Part shown: piece after piece, positions 61,725 through 64,000 of the stretch
Layout of the letters: every line of letters begins with the position of its first letter
How positions within the stretch are numbered: position 1 is the first letter of the stretch
From: Felis catus
Lineage: Eukaryota
Assembly: GCF_018350175.1 (NCBI RefSeq)
Contig: NC_058370.1
Coordinates: 121,644,001 to 121,708,000, forward strand
DNA: 64,000 nucleotides
Direction of reading: 5' to 3'
Translations under genes and position numbers: made by a program
Notes under the pieces: generated by a model
The model's database searches: none
What the model was told of the DNA's origin: nothing
Seen by the model: only the letters and a program-made list of their open reading frames with translations

Positions 61725-61900
61725 TTGAATAAACACAAAACAACAAACACTTTCTGAGCTCCTATGATATTGCAGGCATTGAAGATAAGACAAAGAGGAA
61801 GAAGCCCGGGCCCTGCCTCCAAGGGGCCCACAGTTGTGCTGGGGAGGCGGGATGTACACAAAACTGAAACGTTCAGCTGTGAAGCAGGGCAGTGCGCCTG
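61725..61900 (-). mobile_element. L2 LINE 3' end
   Basis: caacaaacactttctgagctcctatgatattgcaggcattg...ccctgcctccaaggggcccacagt. Confidence 0.6.
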
Positions 61901-63329
61901 AGAACTCACGGGGGCATGGGCGCTCCTGGTGCAGACAACAAACTCAAGACATGTTTAGGAGGAAACAAATAAAAGACTAGAACTTCACAGAAGATGCTGC
62001 CATTTAAAATGTTTACAGATATAGCTTTCCTCCCTTCTGGATATGGTAACATCTCCCAAATTATGTGTATGCACTGCTCCCCCACCACAGCGGGAATGGA
62101 GACGGATATTGCTGTGTTTGTGTGGACACCAAGAGGTGACATTTCTGGCCAACTACGGATGACCTCTCCTGATGGCCTCGAGACTCACTGCTCTGCCCTC
62201 CCCATCCCGAGTCAGTTCAGGGCGCTTCGAAAGAGACAGCCGGTTAGGATTTAAGCTGATCAAACAGATATGCTGGGGGAACCGCAGTTCACACTACGAC
62301 AGAGCCTCGCTTACAGAAGAAGCAAGTTCGGGGCCCTTTAAAGAATGAAATACCAAGTCTATGTATAATTGGATAGGATTTGATTTTAGCTATTCAGTTA
62401 AAAATAACTTTCCCCTTTGGTCCAAGACTAAAAAACCAAAATGGATCACTGGAAGTCTCCACCTCTCTTTCTGCATTCCCCTTGCATTTTTCAATCATTT
62501 CTCTATCCCACCCCATCTGTCTTGGTGCCCCCAGCATGGGCCAGCGGGAAGAGCCTCTTTCCTGGGGTCCCAATGACCCTCCTCCAAGTCCTCCCCCCTC
62601 CCATTTCTGCCTCTCCACGTTCTCTGGGCGACTGGCCCATTGGCTGACTGCTGAGTCACACCTCCTGTCTGTAGGTGGTGCTGCCTTCACTACAGCTTGG
62701 CCCCTAGGGTCCGGGACAGTGTCTGCCACTCGGCAAGTCCCCGGCTCCTTCCCTCCCTCCCCGACATGCCCAAAAGGTGCCGACTCCCCAGGTGCCCAGA
62801 CCCCCATAAAGGACTCTCCCCTGCCCCTCTGCTCTTCCTTTGGTTTAGCTTTAAAAGAAAAATGGATAAAATCAATTCACACCATGCAGGGAATGATTTG
62901 TTCCCTCAGGGGGTTAAAACTGCTAATTGTGTTTTATAAGAAAAGAAATTTCATAAAGTGAACCTTTAATTGTTAAATTGGTCAGGCTGAACACAGAAGT
63001 TTGGGCAGATCCCTTAAGATGCTTTCAGGCAACGCTTAACATGGTGCCTTAGATCTGGAAGCTAGAGGGAATGGAAAATCAGCTAATGGAAAGGCAGTGA
63101 TGGAGCAAGTCATGGCAAGGGCAGTCCCACAGGGGAGTCCTAAACAAATGAGGCCACAGAGACCTCTGCACCTCGAAGCAGAGGCTGCCCGGGGAAAAGG
63201 CCTCCAGCCTTCCTGAGAACCTACTGTGTGCAAGGCCTGGCTTTGCAGCTGAAGCACAGCCTCTGCCTGTGCCACCTTCCTGAGTGTCTAAAGAATGTTC
63301 TGGAATCTCTCTCTCTCCTCCCTTCCTTT

Positions 63330-63715
63330 CACACACACACCACAGTCTCACACATATACCACATACTCTGTCTCACGTGTACATACTCCACACACACTCT
63401 CACAATACACACACAGACACACATTCTCACACACACACAACACACATACTCTTTCTCTCACACACACCACACGCATTCTCTGTCACACACACCACACCCC
63501 TCCCACTCTTTCTCTCTCTCCCACACACATTCCACACACAGATTCTCTCACACACACACCACACACACTCTCACATGCACACACCACACACATACACACT
63601 CCCACCCACACTACACACATACTCTCTCACATACAAACTCACACACACACTCTCACAATACAACACACATACTGTCTCACACACACACCATGCACAAAAA
63701 CACACACTCACACGT
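63330..63715. repeat. Long degenerate (CA)/(CT) low-complexity repeat
   Basis: About 385 nt of acacac interspersed with ctct and tact. Confidence 0.95.
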
Positions 63716-64000
63716 TGACCCTGACCCTCACCCTCTATATACTCTAACTTGTCCTTCGGGAAAAGTTCCCCCAGTTCCTAAAGACTTGGTAGAATTTCCG
63801 AGTGCTGAAATACCTGAGAAGGAGAGTTCTGGATAACTTTTTTGCTTGTATTCTGGTTCCTCTTTTTTTCAGGCCCAGGGGCTTACGAGATGTGTCGATT
63901 TACAAGGACACTGAATCAGTAAGGATCTACATGTTCTGAAAACACAACCAGAATTTACTTTATATCTCAACAAAAATGGGGAGAAGATGTAGGGTGAGGG

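Noticed and set aside
63228-63836. His/Thr-rich ORFs (144-202 aa)
   Set aside because: Translation of a degenerate (CA)n repeat.

Overview
This is mammalian genomic DNA from a felid, judged by the Felidae-type CanSINEs (SINEC_Fc-like). It is a draft assembly with 10 N-gaps. The whole window appears to lie inside KLHL29 (Kelch-like 29), transcribed on the minus strand. Two internal coding exons for the Pro/Ser/Thr-rich N-terminal extension are present: a complete 142-nt exon (23337-23478) and a larger exon whose donor is at 20326 and whose 5' part falls in an N-gap. The rest is intronic. The left ~39 kb is GC-rich and carries ancient MIR, L2, CR1, MaLR and MER5A relics, several AT-rich conserved-looking blocks, a CpG-dense promoter-like element (~1.8-2.1 kb) and a strong CTCF motif. 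The 39-59 kb zone is dense in younger insertions: ten CanSINEs, MLT2 LTRs, an intact ERV1-type solo LTR, and a 5'-truncated carnivore L1 nested in an older L1. Apart from the KLHL29 exons and L1 ORF2 relics, the ORF track is noise. I see no evidence for a novel protein-coding system. The best leads are regulatory or retrotransposon-mechanistic: a possible internal KLHL29 promoter, the solo LTR, duplicated YY1 sites in an L2, repeated reuse of insertion target sites, and a ~480-nt purine tract grown from an L1 tail. Gene and repeat-family names come from recall of consensus sequences, not database searches.
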